A DNA stretch of 64,000 nucleotides from Candidatus Omnitrophota bacterium (GCA_028713155.1 JAQTPA010000003.1:13966-77965), one strand, 5' to 3'. Positions 40,825-52,124 are shown, counted from the first letter of the stretch. Program-made: numbers and translations. Notes: a model not told the origin generated them from the letters alone.

Positions 40825-42015
40825 ATGAATCCGGAATTAATGATAAGCTGGCGGTATCTATTGACCAGGAGAAAAGAAAAATTTATTTCCCTGATCAGTA
40901 TTATTTCAATACTGGGGATAGCCATCGGGGTGATGGCTTTGATTGTAGTCATTGCGGTTATGTCCGGGTTTGATAAAGACCTGCATGATAAGGTAATCGG
41001 CAATTACGCGCATATCAATTTGATGGGTTTTAAGGCAATAGATAATAACGAATACGAAAATATTTCCCGGATTGTACGCGCCAATACGCAGGTGAAAGGG
41101 ATTAGCCCTTATATTCAGGGCCAGGTGCTGCTGAAAGAGAGTAACCGGTATTTTGCCGTCGGCTTAAGGGGCATTGTCCCGTCAGAACAGAGCCAGGTCA
41201 CCAAGCTTAAAGAATACCTGGTCGCCGGCAGCCTGGAAAATCTGGCCGCGGGCGGCATTATTATCGGTAAAGAGTTGGCCGCGTATCTTGGCCTGGGATT
41301 AAATTCAAACCTTACTCTGCAGTCGCCTTTAGGCAAACAGTATACTTTGAAAATAGCCGGGATTTTTAATTCCGGGATGTATGATTATGACCTTAACCTG
41401 GTATTTACGAATTTAAAGAGCAGCCAGGATATATTCGGTATGCCGGACCAGATTAGCGCGGTCGCCATAAAATTGGATAATCCGGATCTGGCCCCCGCGG
41501 TCAGGAAGGATTTGGCCGCGGCCTTAAGGTTTAACTATACTTTAAAGACCTGGATGGAGGCTAACCAGAATTTTTTTGCGGCGCTGGCGCTGGAAAAATT
41601 GACGATGTTTATAATTTTAACCTTGATTATACTGGTCGCTTCATTTAATATCATCAGCACCTTGATCGTGATGGTGGTTGAGAAGACCAAGGATATCGGC
41701 ATATTGAGGGCTTTAGGAATGAGCGCCTTTAGCATAAGAAAGATATTCATTTATCAGGGCTTAATCATCGGGGCGTTAGGGACCCTGCTTGGCGGGCTAG
41801 GCGGGGCGCTCCTCTGTTTTTTACTTAAGAAATACCAGTTTATCAAATTGCCGCAGGACATCTATTATATTGACCGGTTGCCCGTAGCCATACAGGTCTG
41901 GCCGGATATAGTTTTAATCATTATGTCCGCGCTGGTTATTATATTGGTTGCAACCATTTATCCGGCTTCCCGGGCCTCCGGCTTAAAGCCTGTGGAAGCG
42001 CTCAGGTACGAATAG
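40825..42015 (+). CDS. lolE: Lipoprotein-releasing system permease (LolC/E, FtsX-like, single copy)
   Basis: MacB/FtsX topology with a periplasmic domain between TM1 and TM2, adjacent to lolD. Confidence 0.78.
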   Translation: MNPELMISWRYLLTRRKEKFISLISIISILGIAIGVMALIVVIAVMSGFDKDLHDKVIGNYAHINLMGFKAIDNNEYENISRIVRANTQVKGISPYIQGQVLLKESNRYFAVGLRGIVPSEQSQVTKLKEYLVAGSLENLAAGGIIIGKELAAYLGLGLNSNLTLQSPLGKQYTLKIAGIFNSGMYDYDLNLVFTNLKSSQDIFGMPDQISAVAIKLDNPDLAPAVRKDLAAALRFNYTLKTWMEANQNFFAALALEKLTMFIILTLIILVASFNIISTLIVMVVEKTKDIGILRALGMSAFSIRKIFIYQGLIIGALGTLLGGLGGALLCFLLKKYQFIKLPQDIYYIDRLPVAIQVWPDIVLIIMSALVIILVATIYPASRASGLKPVEALRYE

Positions 42016-42023
42016 GCATAAAT

Positions 42024-42695
42024 TTGTTAGAAGCTAAAAATATACATAAAGTTTATAATGACGGTAAGCGCCAGCTGGATGTCCTAAAGGGCGTAAACCT
42101 CAAGATTACAGCGGGCGCTTTTGTCGCTATTGTGGGACCGTCGGGCGCGGGTAAGTCTACGCTTTTGCATATCCTGGGAGGTTTAGATAACCCGACGCAG
42201 GGAGAGGTTATCCTGCAGGCAGAGGATATTTATAGACTAGGTGACGCTGAGCTCTCGCGCATCAGGAATAAAAAAATCGGTTTTGTTTTCCAGTTTTACC
42301 ATCTTCTTTCCGAATTTACGGTTTTAGAAAACGTACTTATGCCCGCCCGGATAAATTCTGCCTTGCGCTCCGGGCAGAGCGAGTTAAGGGAAAAGGCCCT
42401 GGGATTATTGGAAGAGGCCGGATTGGCAGAGAGGGTGAATCATTTTCCCAGCCAGCTCTCCGGAGGAGAAAAGCAGAGGGCGGCGGTTGTCCGCGGGTTG
42501 ATTAACAGCCCGGCTTTGCTTTTTTGCGATGAGCCGACAGGAAATCTTGACTCTCAATCCGGAAGCGGGATTATCGCGTTGATAAGAAAGATAAACCTGG
42601 AAAATAAAATGACCGTGGTTTTAGTCACGCATAACGCGGAATTAACGCATCAGGCGGATAAAGTTTATAATTTAAAAGACGGAGTATTAGTCTAG
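42024..42695 (+). CDS. lolD: Lipoprotein-releasing system ATP-binding protein
   Basis: Walker A GPSGAGKST, LSGGEKQR signature, Walker B LFCDEPT. TTG start. Confidence 0.85.
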   Translation: MLEAKNIHKVYNDGKRQLDVLKGVNLKITAGAFVAIVGPSGAGKSTLLHILGGLDNPTQGEVILQAEDIYRLGDAELSRIRNKKIGFVFQFYHLLSEFTVLENVLMPARINSALRSGQSELREKALGLLEEAGLAERVNHFPSQLSGGEKQRAAVVRGLINSPALLFCDEPTGNLDSQSGSGIIALIRKINLENKMTVVLVTHNAELTHQADKVYNLKDGVLV

Positions 42696-42703
42696 GAGGC
42701 AGA

Positions 42704-43573
42704 ATGAAAATCTATATCAACGGGAAATTTTACGAAAAGGACCAGGCCAAGGTTTCGGTGTTTGACCACGGGTTGCTTTACGGCGACGGCGTGTTTGAAG
42801 GCATCCGTTCGTATAGCCGCCTGGTATTCAAGTTAAAGGAACACATTGACCGGCTTTTTGAATCAGCCAGGAGTATTATGCTCAAGCCTCCCCTGACCAA
42901 GGAAGGGTTAATTAAGGCGGTTATCCTCACGTTAAAGAAGAATAATCTTAAGGATGCTTATATCCGCCTGGTGGTTACCCGCGGAGAAGGAGATCTGGGC
43001 TTAGACCCGCGTAAATGCAACGGTAATGCCACGGTTATTATCATTACCGATAAAATCGCTCTCTATCCTGAAGCATTGTATAAGAAGGGCTTGAAGATCG
43101 TGACTGTGCCGACGGTCAGGAATCTTCCCGAGGCTTTGAACCCGCAGATCAAGTCCTTGAATTATCTCAATAATATTTTAGCCAAGATTGAGGCGGTAAA
43201 CGCCGGAAGCGATGAAGCGATTATGCTTGACTCTTTAGGCTATGTGGCTGAATGCACGGGAGATAATATTTTTATCGTCAAGGGTAAGCATCTTTATACC
43301 CCTCCGCAATGTATGGGGACGTTACGGGGCATTACGCGGGACGCGGTTTTAGAGATCGCGCGTAAAGAGAAGATTCCCGCGCACGAACACGTGATCACGC
43401 GCCACGAAGTTTATATTTCCGATGAATGCTTTCTGACCGGGACAGCGGCGGAGATCATCCCGGTAGTTACGGTGGATGGCCGGGTTATCGGTGACGGAAA
43501 ACCCGGAAAGCTCACCTCGCTGCTTTTAAAGAAGTTCCGGGAAATGACCAAGACAGAAGGAGTCAGGTATTAA
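42704..43573 (+). CDS. ilvE: Class IV (fold type IV) PLP aminotransferase, branched-chain amino acid aminotransferase-like
   Basis: FDHGLLYGDGVFEG N-terminus and ECTGDNIF, a variant of the E..G.N.F motif. D-amino-acid aminotransferase cannot be excluded. Confidence 0.6.
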   Translation: MKIYINGKFYEKDQAKVSVFDHGLLYGDGVFEGIRSYSRLVFKLKEHIDRLFESARSIMLKPPLTKEGLIKAVILTLKKNNLKDAYIRLVVTRGEGDLGLDPRKCNGNATVIIITDKIALYPEALYKKGLKIVTVPTVRNLPEALNPQIKSLNYLNNILAKIEAVNAGSDEAIMLDSLGYVAECTGDNIFIVKGKHLYTPPQCMGTLRGITRDAVLEIARKEKIPAHEHVITRHEVYISDECFLTGTAAEIIPVVTVDGRVIGDGKPGKLTSLLLKKFREMTKTEGVRY

Positions 43574-43574
43574 T

Positions 43575-44075
43575 ATGCTTTGCGATATTTGCAAAAAAAA
43601 TGAGGCGACCGTGCATCTGACCGAGATTATCGATGAGCAGATGAATGAGCTGCATTTATGCGAAGAATGCGCACGGCAAAAGAGCGTAGCTATGGAGCAG
43701 CAGTTTGGCTTAAGCGATCTTTTAGCCGGGATGACTGATTTTGATAAATTGGAAAAAGAAGCAGAGCCCATTACCGGCCTGAAGTGCCCGAATTGCGGCT
43801 TAAGTTATGCCGACTTTAAGAAGATCGGCAGGCTTGGCTGCGGCAATTGCTACAGTACTTTCAGTAAATACCTGGAGCCCCTGTTGAAGCGCATCCATGG
43901 TTCAACGCAGCATACCGGGAAATCTCCGTTTAAAGCAGCCCGGGATTTAAAAAAGAAGGCCGGTACGCAGGAGTTGCGTATAAGGCTGCAGAAGGCGATT
44001 GAGTCTGAAGCGTTTGAAGAGGCGGCGAAATTACGCGACCAGATCAAGGCAGTAGAGAATAAGAAGGAAAAATAA
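43575..44075 (+). CDS. mcsA: McsA-like activator of protein arginine kinase (zinc fingers plus UVR domain)
   Basis: Two CxxC...CxxC pairs and a C-terminal UVR-like helix (EEAAKLRDQIKAVE), directly upstream of mcsB and clpC. Confidence 0.7.
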   Translation: MLCDICKKNEATVHLTEIIDEQMNELHLCEECARQKSVAMEQQFGLSDLLAGMTDFDKLEKEAEPITGLKCPNCGLSYADFKKIGRLGCGNCYSTFSKYLEPLLKRIHGSTQHTGKSPFKAARDLKKKAGTQELRIRLQKAIESEAFEEAAKLRDQIKAVENKKEK

Positions 44076-44077
44076 AT

Positions 44078-45130
44078 ATGCAGCTGAATGATCTCTTAAC
44101 CCATACCAGCGAGTGGCTAAAAGGCACCGGGCCGAATTCCGATATTGTAATCTCCAGCCGTATACGCCTGGCGCGTAATCTGGATAAAGAGGCTTTCCCG
44201 CATTGGGCAAATAAATCTCAAGGACAGGCCACGCTGAGTACCGTTAAAGACGGCCTGGCCAGGGTAGATTTTTTAAAGCGGACAATGTTTTTTAACCTGG
44301 CGGATATTGACAGCGTGGATAAACAGTTTCTGGTAGAGCGCCACCTTATGTCTCTTGACCACGCCCAGAAGAGCGATAATAAGGCGCTGGTCGTGGATGA
44401 TGAGGAGATAATCTCCATTATGATTAACGAGGAAGACCATATCCGGACACAGGTGATGCAGTCGGGTTTTAATCTTTTTGAGGCCTGGAATATCATTAAT
44501 GAGATTGATGATGCTTTGTCCAAAGAACTTAACTTTGCCTTCTTGCCGGATTGGGGATACCTGACTGCCTGTCCGACGAATACCGGGACCGGTATGCGCG
44601 GTTCAGTGATGCTGCATTTACCGGCATTGGTCATGTCCCGGACGATTGACCGGGTAATGGCGGCGATCGCTAAGCTGAGCTTTACTACTCGCGGCCTTTA
44701 CGGCGAAGGCACGCATGCCATGGGCAATTTCTTCCAGATTTCCAATCAGGTTTCTCTGGGGCCGAGCGAAAATGAGATTATTGAAAGTATAAACGGTTTA
44801 ATCCGCCAGATTATCGAACAGGAAAACCAGGCGCGGGAAAACCTGGTCTCTAAGAACGGCTCGCTCATTGAAGACAGGATTAACCGGAGTCTCGGGATTT
44901 TAAAGAGCGCCAGGATTATTTCCAGCCAGGAGACGGTAGAGTTGCTCTCGATGGTCAGGTTAGGATGCGATTTGGGGATGATTAAGAATATTGACCGCCG
45001 CAGTATTAACGAATTATTTATCATTACCCAGCCGGCGCATTTACAGAAAAAAGAAAACAAGAAGCTTTCTTCTGACGAGCGCGATTTAAAGCGGGCGGAA
45101 TTAATCAGAGAAAGGCTGAATATTCATTAA
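44078..45130 (+). CDS. mcsB: Protein arginine kinase McsB (ATP:guanido phosphotransferase family)
   Basis: Phosphagen-kinase active-site motif CPTNTGTGMRGSV. Confidence 0.85.
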   Translation: MQLNDLLTHTSEWLKGTGPNSDIVISSRIRLARNLDKEAFPHWANKSQGQATLSTVKDGLARVDFLKRTMFFNLADIDSVDKQFLVERHLMSLDHAQKSDNKALVVDDEEIISIMINEEDHIRTQVMQSGFNLFEAWNIINEIDDALSKELNFAFLPDWGYLTACPTNTGTGMRGSVMLHLPALVMSRTIDRVMAAIAKLSFTTRGLYGEGTHAMGNFFQISNQVSLGPSENEIIESINGLIRQIIEQENQARENLVSKNGSLIEDRINRSLGILKSARIISSQETVELLSMVRLGCDLGMIKNIDRRSINELFIITQPAHLQKKENKKLSSDERDLKRAELIRERLNIH

Positions 45131-45141
45131 GGGAGGGTTGC

Positions 45142-47565
45142 ATGTTTAATCGTTTTACTGAAAGGGCACGTAAAGTAATCATTTTAGCTAAGGAAGAAGC
45201 AAGGCGTTTTAATCATGATTATATCGGCACTGAGCATATACTCTTAGGCCTTATCCGTGAAGGCGAAGGCGTGGCCAGTACAGTATTGCAGAAGCTCGGC
45301 TTGTCTTTAGAAAATATACGCCTGGAGGTAGAGAAGCTGGTACAGCCCGGGCCGACCACTCAAATTATCGGAGATATTCCTTTTACCCCGCGGGCAAAAA
45401 AAGCGCTGGAGCTTGCCGCGGAAGAAGCGCGTTCGCTTGGACATAATTATATCGGCACCGAACACCTCTTATTGGGGCTTATCCGTGAGGGTGAAGGCAT
45501 AGCTTCACAGGTATTATTGAACCTGGGCCTGGATTTAAATAGCGTGCGTAATGAAGTCATGGAATTGTTGGGTTCAGCTTTACCCGGAGGCCAGGGCCTC
45601 CCCGGAGGCCAGCAGGCTAAGAGTAAGACTCCTGCGCTGGATGCTTTTGGCCGTGATTTGACGGCTTTAGCTAAAGAAGATAAACTTGATCCGGTGATTG
45701 ACCGTATGCAGGAGATCGAGAGGGTTATCCAGATCTTAAGCCGGCGCACTAAAAATAATCCGGTTCTTTTAGGCGAGGCAGGAGTGGGAAAAACCGCTAT
45801 TGTCGAAGGCCTGGCCCAGGCAATTATCGCCGGGAATATCCCGGAAATATTGCGCGGCAAGCGGCTGATTACTCTGGACCTGGCTTTAATGGTGGCCGGG
45901 ACCAAATACCGCGGCCAGTTTGAAGAAAGAATTAAGGCCGTAATGGAAGAGATCAAGCGTTCGCAGGACGTCATTATTTTTATTGATGAGCTGCATACCT
46001 TAGTCGGGGCGGGAGCGGCCGAGGGCGCGATCGACGCCTCCAATATCTTAAAGCCGGCGCTTTCGCGTGGCGAGATGCAGTGCATCGGCGCGACTACTAT
46101 GGACGAATACAGGAAGTATATAGAGAAGGATGCGGCTTTAGAGCGCAGGTTCCAGACGATTATGGTCGAGCCTCCGTCAGTAGACCAGGCTATTGAGATA
46201 TTAAAGGGCTTGCGCGAGAAATACGAGGCCCACCACCGGGTTACTTTTAAAGACGAGGCCCTGGAAGCAGCGGTAAAATTATCCGACCGTTATATCTCGG
46301 GAAGGTTCCTGCCGGATAAAGCAATTGATTTAATGGATGAGGCAGGAAGCCGCGCCAGGCTTAATGTTTTGATTGTGCCGCCGGACATAAAGACCCTAGA
46401 GGGCAAGGTAGAATCTTTACGGAAAGAAAAAGAGTCATTTATCAAGAGCCAGGATTTTGAGAAAGCAGCATCCTTGCGCGACCAGGAAAGGCAGACGCGC
46501 CAGGAGCTTGAGCAATTAAACGGCGAATGGTCGCAGGCCAAAGATAAAACGCGGCCGGAGGTAGGCGAAGAGGATATCGCTAAAATCGTGTCTCAATGGA
46601 CCGGTATCCCGATATTCCGGCTGGAAGAAAAAGAGACCGAGAAATTACTTAAGATTGAAGATGAATTACATAAGCGCGTAGTCGGCCAGAATGAGGCGAT
46701 TTCCGCTATTGCCCACGCGGTCAGGCGTTCGCGCGCGGGTATCAAAGATCCCCGGAGGCCTATCGGTTCATTCGTATTTTTAGGGCCTACCGGCGTGGGA
46801 AAATCCCTGCTGGCCCGGGCCTTAGCCGAGTTTATGTTCGGCGACGAAGACGCGCTTATCCAGCTGGACATGTCTGAATATATGGAAAAATTTAATGTTT
46901 CGCGTTTAATCGGCGCTCCGCCCGGATATGTGGGATATGAAGAGGGCGGCCAGCTTACCGAAAGGATCCGCCGCCGGCCGTATGCGGTAATTCTTCTGGA
47001 TGAGATTGAAAAAGCGCATCCGGACGTGTTTAATTTATTACTGCAGGTTTTTGAGGAAGGCCGTCTTACCGACAGCTTCGGCAGAAAAGTTGATTTCCGC
47101 AATACCGTGATTATTATGACTTCCAACGTCGGCGCAGACTTGATCCGTAAGGCCGGCTCGCTCGGTTTTAAGACGCAAAAAGAAGAAGTTACCTATCAGG
47201 AGATGAAAGATAAGCTGTTGGAGGCGGTAAAGCATACTTTTAAACCGGAGTTCTTAAACCGGATTGACGATATTATAGTCTTTCGGCAATTGATGAAGGA
47301 AGACTTGAACCGTATCATCGATATTGAAATAGGCCAGGTTGCCAGCCGTTTAAAAGAGCAGAACATTTCTTTGGAGGTTTCCCTGGAAGCTAAGGAACTC
47401 CTGATCGATAAGGGGTTTGATCTGATCTTCGGCGCCCGGCCCCTGAAAAGAACAATCCAGAGGTTCCTGGAGGACCCGCTGGCCTCGGAGATAATCTCTA
47501 AACGGTTTAAGGAAGGTTCAGCCGTGAAGGTAACGCGTAAGAACGGGGAGCTGGTTTTCGAATAA
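45142..47565 (+). CDS. clpC: ATP-dependent Clp protease ATP-binding subunit ClpC
   Basis: Two Clp_N repeats, two AAA+ modules (GEAGVGKT and GPTGVGKS), and a UVR motif in the middle domain. Confidence 0.92.
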   Translation: MFNRFTERARKVIILAKEEARRFNHDYIGTEHILLGLIREGEGVASTVLQKLGLSLENIRLEVEKLVQPGPTTQIIGDIPFTPRAKKALELAAEEARSLGHNYIGTEHLLLGLIREGEGIASQVLLNLGLDLNSVRNEVMELLGSALPGGQGLPGGQQAKSKTPALDAFGRDLTALAKEDKLDPVIDRMQEIERVIQILSRRTKNNPVLLGEAGVGKTAIVEGLAQAIIAGNIPEILRGKRLITLDLALMVAGTKYRGQFEERIKAVMEEIKRSQDVIIFIDELHTLVGAGAAEGAIDASNILKPALSRGEMQCIGATTMDEYRKYIEKDAALERRFQTIMVEPPSVDQAIEILKGLREKYEAHHRVTFKDEALEAAVKLSDRYISGRFLPDKAIDLMDEAGSRARLNVLIVPPDIKTLEGKVESLRKEKESFIKSQDFEKAASLRDQERQTRQELEQLNGEWSQAKDKTRPEVGEEDIAKIVSQWTGIPIFRLEEKETEKLLKIEDELHKRVVGQNEAISAIAHAVRRSRAGIKDPRRPIGSFVFLGPTGVGKSLLARALAEFMFGDEDALIQLDMSEYMEKFNVSRLIGAPPGYVGYEEGGQLTERIRRRPYAVILLDEIEKAHPDVFNLLLQVFEEGRLTDSFGRKVDFRNTVIIMTSNVGADLIRKAGSLGFKTQKEEVTYQEMKDKLLEAVKHTFKPEFLNRIDDIIVFRQLMKEDLNRIIDIEIGQVASRLKEQNISLEVSLEAKELLIDKGFDLIFGARPLKRTIQRFLEDPLASEIISKRFKEGSAVKVTRKNGELVFE

Positions 47566-48350
47566 TGATAAATCGATTCTTTAGTTTAATAGGCAGCCGG
47601 GTCATCTCCTTTATGTATTTTTTGGGAGGCCTGGTTAATTTAACCGTTCAGACGGTTTATTTTACCTTTATCCCGCCGTTTAAAAAGGACCGTGTGTTTG
47701 AGCAGGCAAAAAAGGCCGGGTATGACAGCTTACCTATAGTCGCGCTCGTATCTTTGTTCATTGGTTTTATCTTTGCGCTCCAGACTGCGTATTTTATGCA
47801 GCGCATTGGTTCGGAAATTTATATTGCCAGTATGGTCGCGCTCTCTATCGTGCGCGAATTAGGCCCGGTAATTACGGCGCTAATCGTGGCCGGCAGGGTG
47901 GGAGCGGCCATCACCGCGGAGTTAGGTTCAATGCAGGTCACTGAACAGATAGATGCCCTGGAGACCCTGGCGTCTAACCCCATAAAATACCTGGTTGTCC
48001 CGCGCTTCCTGGCTTTAAGCATAATGCTGCCTTTATTGACGCTTTACTCCGACGCCATCGGTATACTCGGAGGCTATATCATCTGTGTATTCAGGCTGGG
48101 GATATCCTCAAACATGTATATAAAAGTGACTAGCGAGGCTTTGTTTTACAAAGACCTTTTTACCGGTTTATTTAAGACAATATTTTTCGGTATGATCATT
48201 GCCCTGGTTTCCTGTTATGAAGGCTTTAGCGTGCAGGGCGGAGCAGAAGGCGTGGGCCGGGCCACTACCCGTTCGGTGGTCTTTAGCTTTATCATGATCA
48301 TTATCGCCGATTGCTTCTTTACCGCTATGTTCTATTTTATATTCCCGTAA
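47565..48350 (+). CDS. mlaE: Phospholipid ABC transporter permease MlaE
   Basis: MlaE/YrbE/Ttg2B permease family; operon with an ABC ATPase and an MCE protein. Confidence 0.8.
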   Translation: MINRFFSLIGSRVISFMYFLGGLVNLTVQTVYFTFIPPFKKDRVFEQAKKAGYDSLPIVALVSLFIGFIFALQTAYFMQRIGSEIYIASMVALSIVRELGPVITALIVAGRVGAAITAELGSMQVTEQIDALETLASNPIKYLVVPRFLALSIMLPLLTLYSDAIGILGGYIICVFRLGISSNMYIKVTSEALFYKDLFTGLFKTIFFGMIIALVSCYEGFSVQGGAEGVGRATTRSVVFSFIMIIIADCFFTAMFYFIFP

Positions 48351-48353
48351 AAA

Positions 48354-49115
48354 ATGATTGAGATATCCGGATTACATAAGGCGTTAGGCGGACATAAGGT
48401 TTTAAACGGAGTGCACCTTAAGATAGACAAGGGCATTACCTGCGTGGTCATCGGCCGCTCCGGCTGCGGCAAATCAGTTTTACTTAAGCATATCGTAGGT
48501 ATTTTAAAACCGGAAAAAGGAAAGGTTGTGATTGACGGCCGGGAAGTGGGGGCGTTGAATGAAAAAGAACTAGACGCCTTGCGCCTGAAGATCGGCATGG
48601 TTTTCCAGGGAGGCGCGTTATTTGATTCTATGACCGTCGGCGAGAATGTCGGTTTTGGCCTGATTGAGCACGACCACATCCCGCAGCGCAAGCTCCTGGA
48701 GAGGATAGAAGAGTCATTGGCCCTGGTAGGTTTACACGGTATAGCTAACCTTATGCCTTCGGAGTTAAGCGGCGGGATGCGTAAGCGCGTGGCCCTGGCC
48801 CGGGCAATTTGTATCAAGCCTGAGATTATATTGTATGATGAACCGACTACCGGAGTAGACCCGATTACGGCCGACAGCATAAATGAATTGATCAAAGATT
48901 TACACGATAAATTGAAAGTTACCTCCATTGTAGTCACGCACGATATGAAAAGCGCTTATAAGGTAGCGGATAAAATAGCCATGCTTTACCACGGCAAGAT
49001 TATCGCCGAGGGCGCTTCCGAGGAGATCCAGGATTCCAAAAACCCGATTGTGCATCAGTTTATTAACGGGTTGGCTGTCGGCCCGATAACCGAGACGCTG
49101 GAACGTTTTAAATAA
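48354..49115 (+). CDS. mlaF: Phospholipid ABC transporter ATP-binding protein MlaF
   Basis: Walker A GRSGCGKS, LSGGMRKR signature, Walker B ILYDEPT. Confidence 0.8.
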   Translation: MIEISGLHKALGGHKVLNGVHLKIDKGITCVVIGRSGCGKSVLLKHIVGILKPEKGKVVIDGREVGALNEKELDALRLKIGMVFQGGALFDSMTVGENVGFGLIEHDHIPQRKLLERIEESLALVGLHGIANLMPSELSGGMRKRVALARAICIKPEIILYDEPTTGVDPITADSINELIKDLHDKLKVTSIVVTHDMKSAYKVADKIAMLYHGKIIAEGASEEIQDSKNPIVHQFINGLAVGPITETLERFK

Positions 49116-49128
49116 CGGAGGATAAAAT

Positions 49129-49743
49129 ATGATATTCGGCAAAACAAAACTAGAGATGAAAGTGGGGATTTTTGTTTTTATCGGCCTGGTTATACTCGTA
49201 GTCTTTATCCTCTCTATCGGCGGAGTGAAGACCTGGTCTTCGGGCTATAAAGTGGATTTCATTTTTAATTTTGTCAATGGCGTCAAGCGCGGCGCTCCGG
49301 TAAGATTTGCCGGGGTGGACGTCGGAGAGGTTAAGTCCATCAAATTCTATTATGAATCTGGAAAGGTAAAAACCAAAGTACGCCTGACCTGTTGGGTGAG
49401 TAAGCGTGTCGGTATTCCTTTGGATTCCAAGATTTGGGTGAATACTTTGGGGCTTTTAGGGGAGAAGTATGTTGAAATTATACCTGGCCAGGACTACAGC
49501 CAGATTATGGCCGCAGGCCAGGAGCTGGACGGAGAAGACCCGCTTCCTATGAATGAGATTATGAAAGATGCCAAAAATATCGCGGATAATGTTAATATCG
49601 GGATAGAAAAGATATTGCATAAAGAAGGTACCGTCGGAAAGCTTTTATATGACGATAAGATCTATAATGAGCTGGACGCCCTGATTACCGATATAAAGAA
49701 GCATCCCTGGAAACTGTTTTTTAAGACTAAAGAGAAAAAATAA
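49129..49743 (+). CDS. mlaD: MCE-domain protein MlaD
   Basis: N-terminal TM helix followed by an MCE domain. Confidence 0.7.
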   Translation: MIFGKTKLEMKVGIFVFIGLVILVVFILSIGGVKTWSSGYKVDFIFNFVNGVKRGAPVRFAGVDVGEVKSIKFYYESGKVKTKVRLTCWVSKRVGIPLDSKIWVNTLGLLGEKYVEIIPGQDYSQIMAAGQELDGEDPLPMNEIMKDAKNIADNVNIGIEKILHKEGTVGKLLYDDKIYNELDALITDIKKHPWKLFFKTKEKK

Positions 49744-49744
49744 A

Positions 49745-51157
49745 ATGCCGCGCCTTAAAACCGTATTTGCCTGCCAGAGTTGCGGGTACCAATCTCCCAA
49801 GTGGTTAGGCCGATGCCCGGATTGCTCAAGCTGGAATTCATTCGTCGAGGAGGATTATACCTCTCCCGCCTCTGGCGCCAAAGAACGGGTTGCCTTATAT
49901 AAAGATGAACCGGTATTGCTTAGGGATGTTGAGGCTAAAGAAGAAGCGCGGCTTAAAACAGGCATAACGGAATTAGACCGGGTTTTAGGCGGAGGGATAG
50001 TCAGTGGTTCGGTAATTTTAATCGGCGGAGATCCCGGTGTCGGTAAATCCACCATATCTTTACAGGTATCCAACCAGTTGGCCCGGCATGGCGCGACTAT
50101 TCTCTACATCAGCGGAGAAGAGAGCGTATTTCAGACCAAGTTGCGGGCCAAGCGTTTAGGTTCACATGAGTCTGAGCGGCTTTATATCGTTAACCAGACG
50201 GATTTATCTTTAATCGTTGAATACATTAAAAAGCTTAAGCCCGATGTAGTCATTATTGATTCTATCCAGGTTATTTTTGACCCGGGGATCAGTTCTTCTG
50301 CCGGGAGTGTCAGCCAGGTAAGGGAGTGTTCCGGAATGCTTACGCAGTTAGCTAAAACAACCGGGACCTCCATTTTTATTATCGGGCATGTAACCAAGGA
50401 AGGCACGCTGGCCGGCCCGCGGGTTTTAGAGCATATCGTCGATACAGTCCTGTATTTTGAGGGGGACCGGTTTTCTATCTACCGGATCTTACGCGCGGTG
50501 AAGAACAGGTTTGGCTCAACCAATGAGATAGGCGTTTTTGAAATGAGCAGTCAGGGATTAACCGAAGTAAAAAATCCTTCGGAGATATTTCTTTCTGAAA
50601 AACCTCAAGGGGTAGCCGGTTCGGTAGTTACTTCCATAGTGGAAGGTTCGCGTCCGCTCCTGGTTGAGATACAGTCTCTGGTGGCCCGCTCGAGTTTTGG
50701 CTACGCCCGCAGGCGTGCGCAAGGGTTTGATTCCAACCGCCTGAGCCTTTTGGTGGCGGTTTTGGAAAAGAGAATAGGGTTGGCCCTGGAAACAGAGGAT
50801 ATTTTCGTCAATGTTGCCGGAGGTATAAAAATAGAAGACCCGTCGGCGGATCTGGCCGTAGCCATAGCCATAGCCTCTGCGTTTCGCGAACAAGTAGTGA
50901 TTCCCGCTACGGTGATCCTGGGTGAAGTGGGCCTAAGCGGGGAAATCCGCAGCACGCATCAGATTATGCTGCGCGTAAATGAAGCGGAAAAGTTAGGTTT
51001 TAAATATTGCCTCCTGCCCAGGAATAATCATAAAAATATTAAAAATTATAAAGGCAATATTGAGCTGATTCCCGTAGCGAATTTAAAAGAGGCTTTAGAT
51101 ATCGCCTTAAGCCGAAAAAGTGTACCTCCGGCAGGCGAGGGAGGAGGAAGGCAATGA
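49745..51157 (+). CDS. radA: DNA repair protein RadA/Sms
   Basis: N-terminal C4 zinc finger (CQSCGY...CPDCSSW), RecA-like Walker [15 protein letters not shown] motif, and a C-terminal Lon-like domain. Confidence 0.92.
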   Translation: MPRLKTVFACQSCGYQSPKWLGRCPDCSSWNSFVEEDYTSPASGAKERVALYKDEPVLLRDVEAKEEARLKTGITELDRVLGGGIVSGSVILIGGDPGVGKSTISLQVSNQLARHGATILYISGEESVFQTKLRAKRLGSHESERLYIVNQTDLSLIVEYIKKLKPDVVIIDSIQVIFDPGISSSAGSVSQVRECSGMLTQLAKTTGTSIFIIGHVTKEGTLAGPRVLEHIVDTVLYFEGDRFSIYRILRAVKNRFGSTNEIGVFEMSSQGLTEVKNPSEIFLSEKPQGVAGSVVTSIVEGSRPLLVEIQSLVARSSFGYARRRAQGFDSNRLSLLVAVLEKRIGLALETEDIFVNVAGGIKIEDPSADLAVAIAIASAFREQVVIPATVILGEVGLSGEIRSTHQIMLRVNEAEKLGFKYCLLPRNNHKNIKNYKGNIELIPVANLKEALDIALSRKSVPPAGEGGGRQ

Positions 51158-52119
51158 GTTTATTATTTCCGCGCATTCTATTTTTAATCGCTAGCACGCT
51201 GGTGGGTTATCAGGCGGCGGATTTGACGGGCGCCCTTATCGGCGGCATATTAGGTTTAATAATTATTATCCTTGAAGTGGGCCTGCGTAAAGTTTCGGTG
51301 AACGGGCTTTCCAGCGTAGTATTCGGATTAATCTTAGGTTTAATCATGGCCAAATTAGTGGGAGACGCCTTTAGCATTACCCCGCTTCCTCCGGACGCTC
51401 TTTATTCCATCAGGGTTATTTTAACGCTTATATTTTGTTATCTCGGTATGGTCATAGCGCTGCGCGGTAAAGATTCATTCAGCATCATTATACCCTATGT
51501 GCGCCTGCGCCGCCAGGACCAGGCAGCCGATATCGTGGTCCTGGATACCAGCGTGATTATAGACGGCAGGATCGTGGATATCTGTAAGACTAAATTCATT
51601 TCCGGGAAAGTTATCATCCCTAAATTTGTTTTAAGGGAGCTGCAGCAGATTGCCGATTCCACCGACCCGATTAAGCGCCAGCGGGGCAGGCGGGGATTAG
51701 AGATCCTGAATACGATCCAGAAGGACTCCGGTCTGGATATCGTTATACACGAAGAGGACTTTCCCGAGACTAACGAAGTAGACGCTAAGCTCGTAAAATT
51801 AGCTAAACTTTTAGAGGCAAAAATCCTGACCGTCGATTTTAATTTAAACCGGGTAGCCACAATTCAGGGGATCAAGGTCTTGAATATAAATGAATTAGCT
51901 AACGCGCTTAAGCCCGTGGTTTTCCCCGGGGAAGAAATGCAGATTAAATTAGTCAAGGAAGGCAAAGAGCATAACCAGGCAATAGGCTATCTTGATGACG
52001 GGACCATGGTCGTAGTGGAAGACGCGCGCCGCTTAATCGGCCAGGAAGTCCGGGCCGTAGTGACTTCAGTCCTCCAGACGCAGGCCGGGAGAATGATTTT
52101 TACCAAATTAGAGCGATAG
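51154..52119 (+). CDS. PIN and TRAM domain membrane protein, YacL-like
   Basis: N-terminal TM helices, a PIN domain ([11 protein letters not shown]...), and a C-terminal TRAM domain. It sits in the Firmicute-like position between radA and ispD. Confidence 0.7.
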   Translation: MSLLFPRILFLIASTLVGYQAADLTGALIGGILGLIIIILEVGLRKVSVNGLSSVVFGLILGLIMAKLVGDAFSITPLPPDALYSIRVILTLIFCYLGMVIALRGKDSFSIIIPYVRLRRQDQAADIVVLDTSVIIDGRIVDICKTKFISGKVIIPKFVLRELQQIADSTDPIKRQRGRRGLEILNTIQKDSGLDIVIHEEDFPETNEVDAKLVKLAKLLEAKILTVDFNLNRVATIQGIKVLNINELANALKPVVFPGEEMQIKLVKEGKEHNQAIGYLDDGTMVVVEDARRLIGQEVRAVVTSVLQTQAGRMIFTKLER

Positions 52120-52124
52120 GCTAT

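Noticed and set aside
45447-46085. Long antisense ORFs (212 aa in clpC; 201 aa at 48332-48937 in mlaF; 201 aa at 52223-52828 in ispD; 200 aa at 2818-3420 in ribBA; 180 aa at 18295-18837 in ftsI; 177 aa at 46593-47126 in clpC)
   Set aside because: Each lies entirely inside a strongly conserved plus-strand gene with clear family motifs. The translations are low-complexity (Ser/Pro/Arg-rich) with no recognisable domains and no RBS or promoter context. This is the typical stop-codon-poor antisense frame of a conserved gene.
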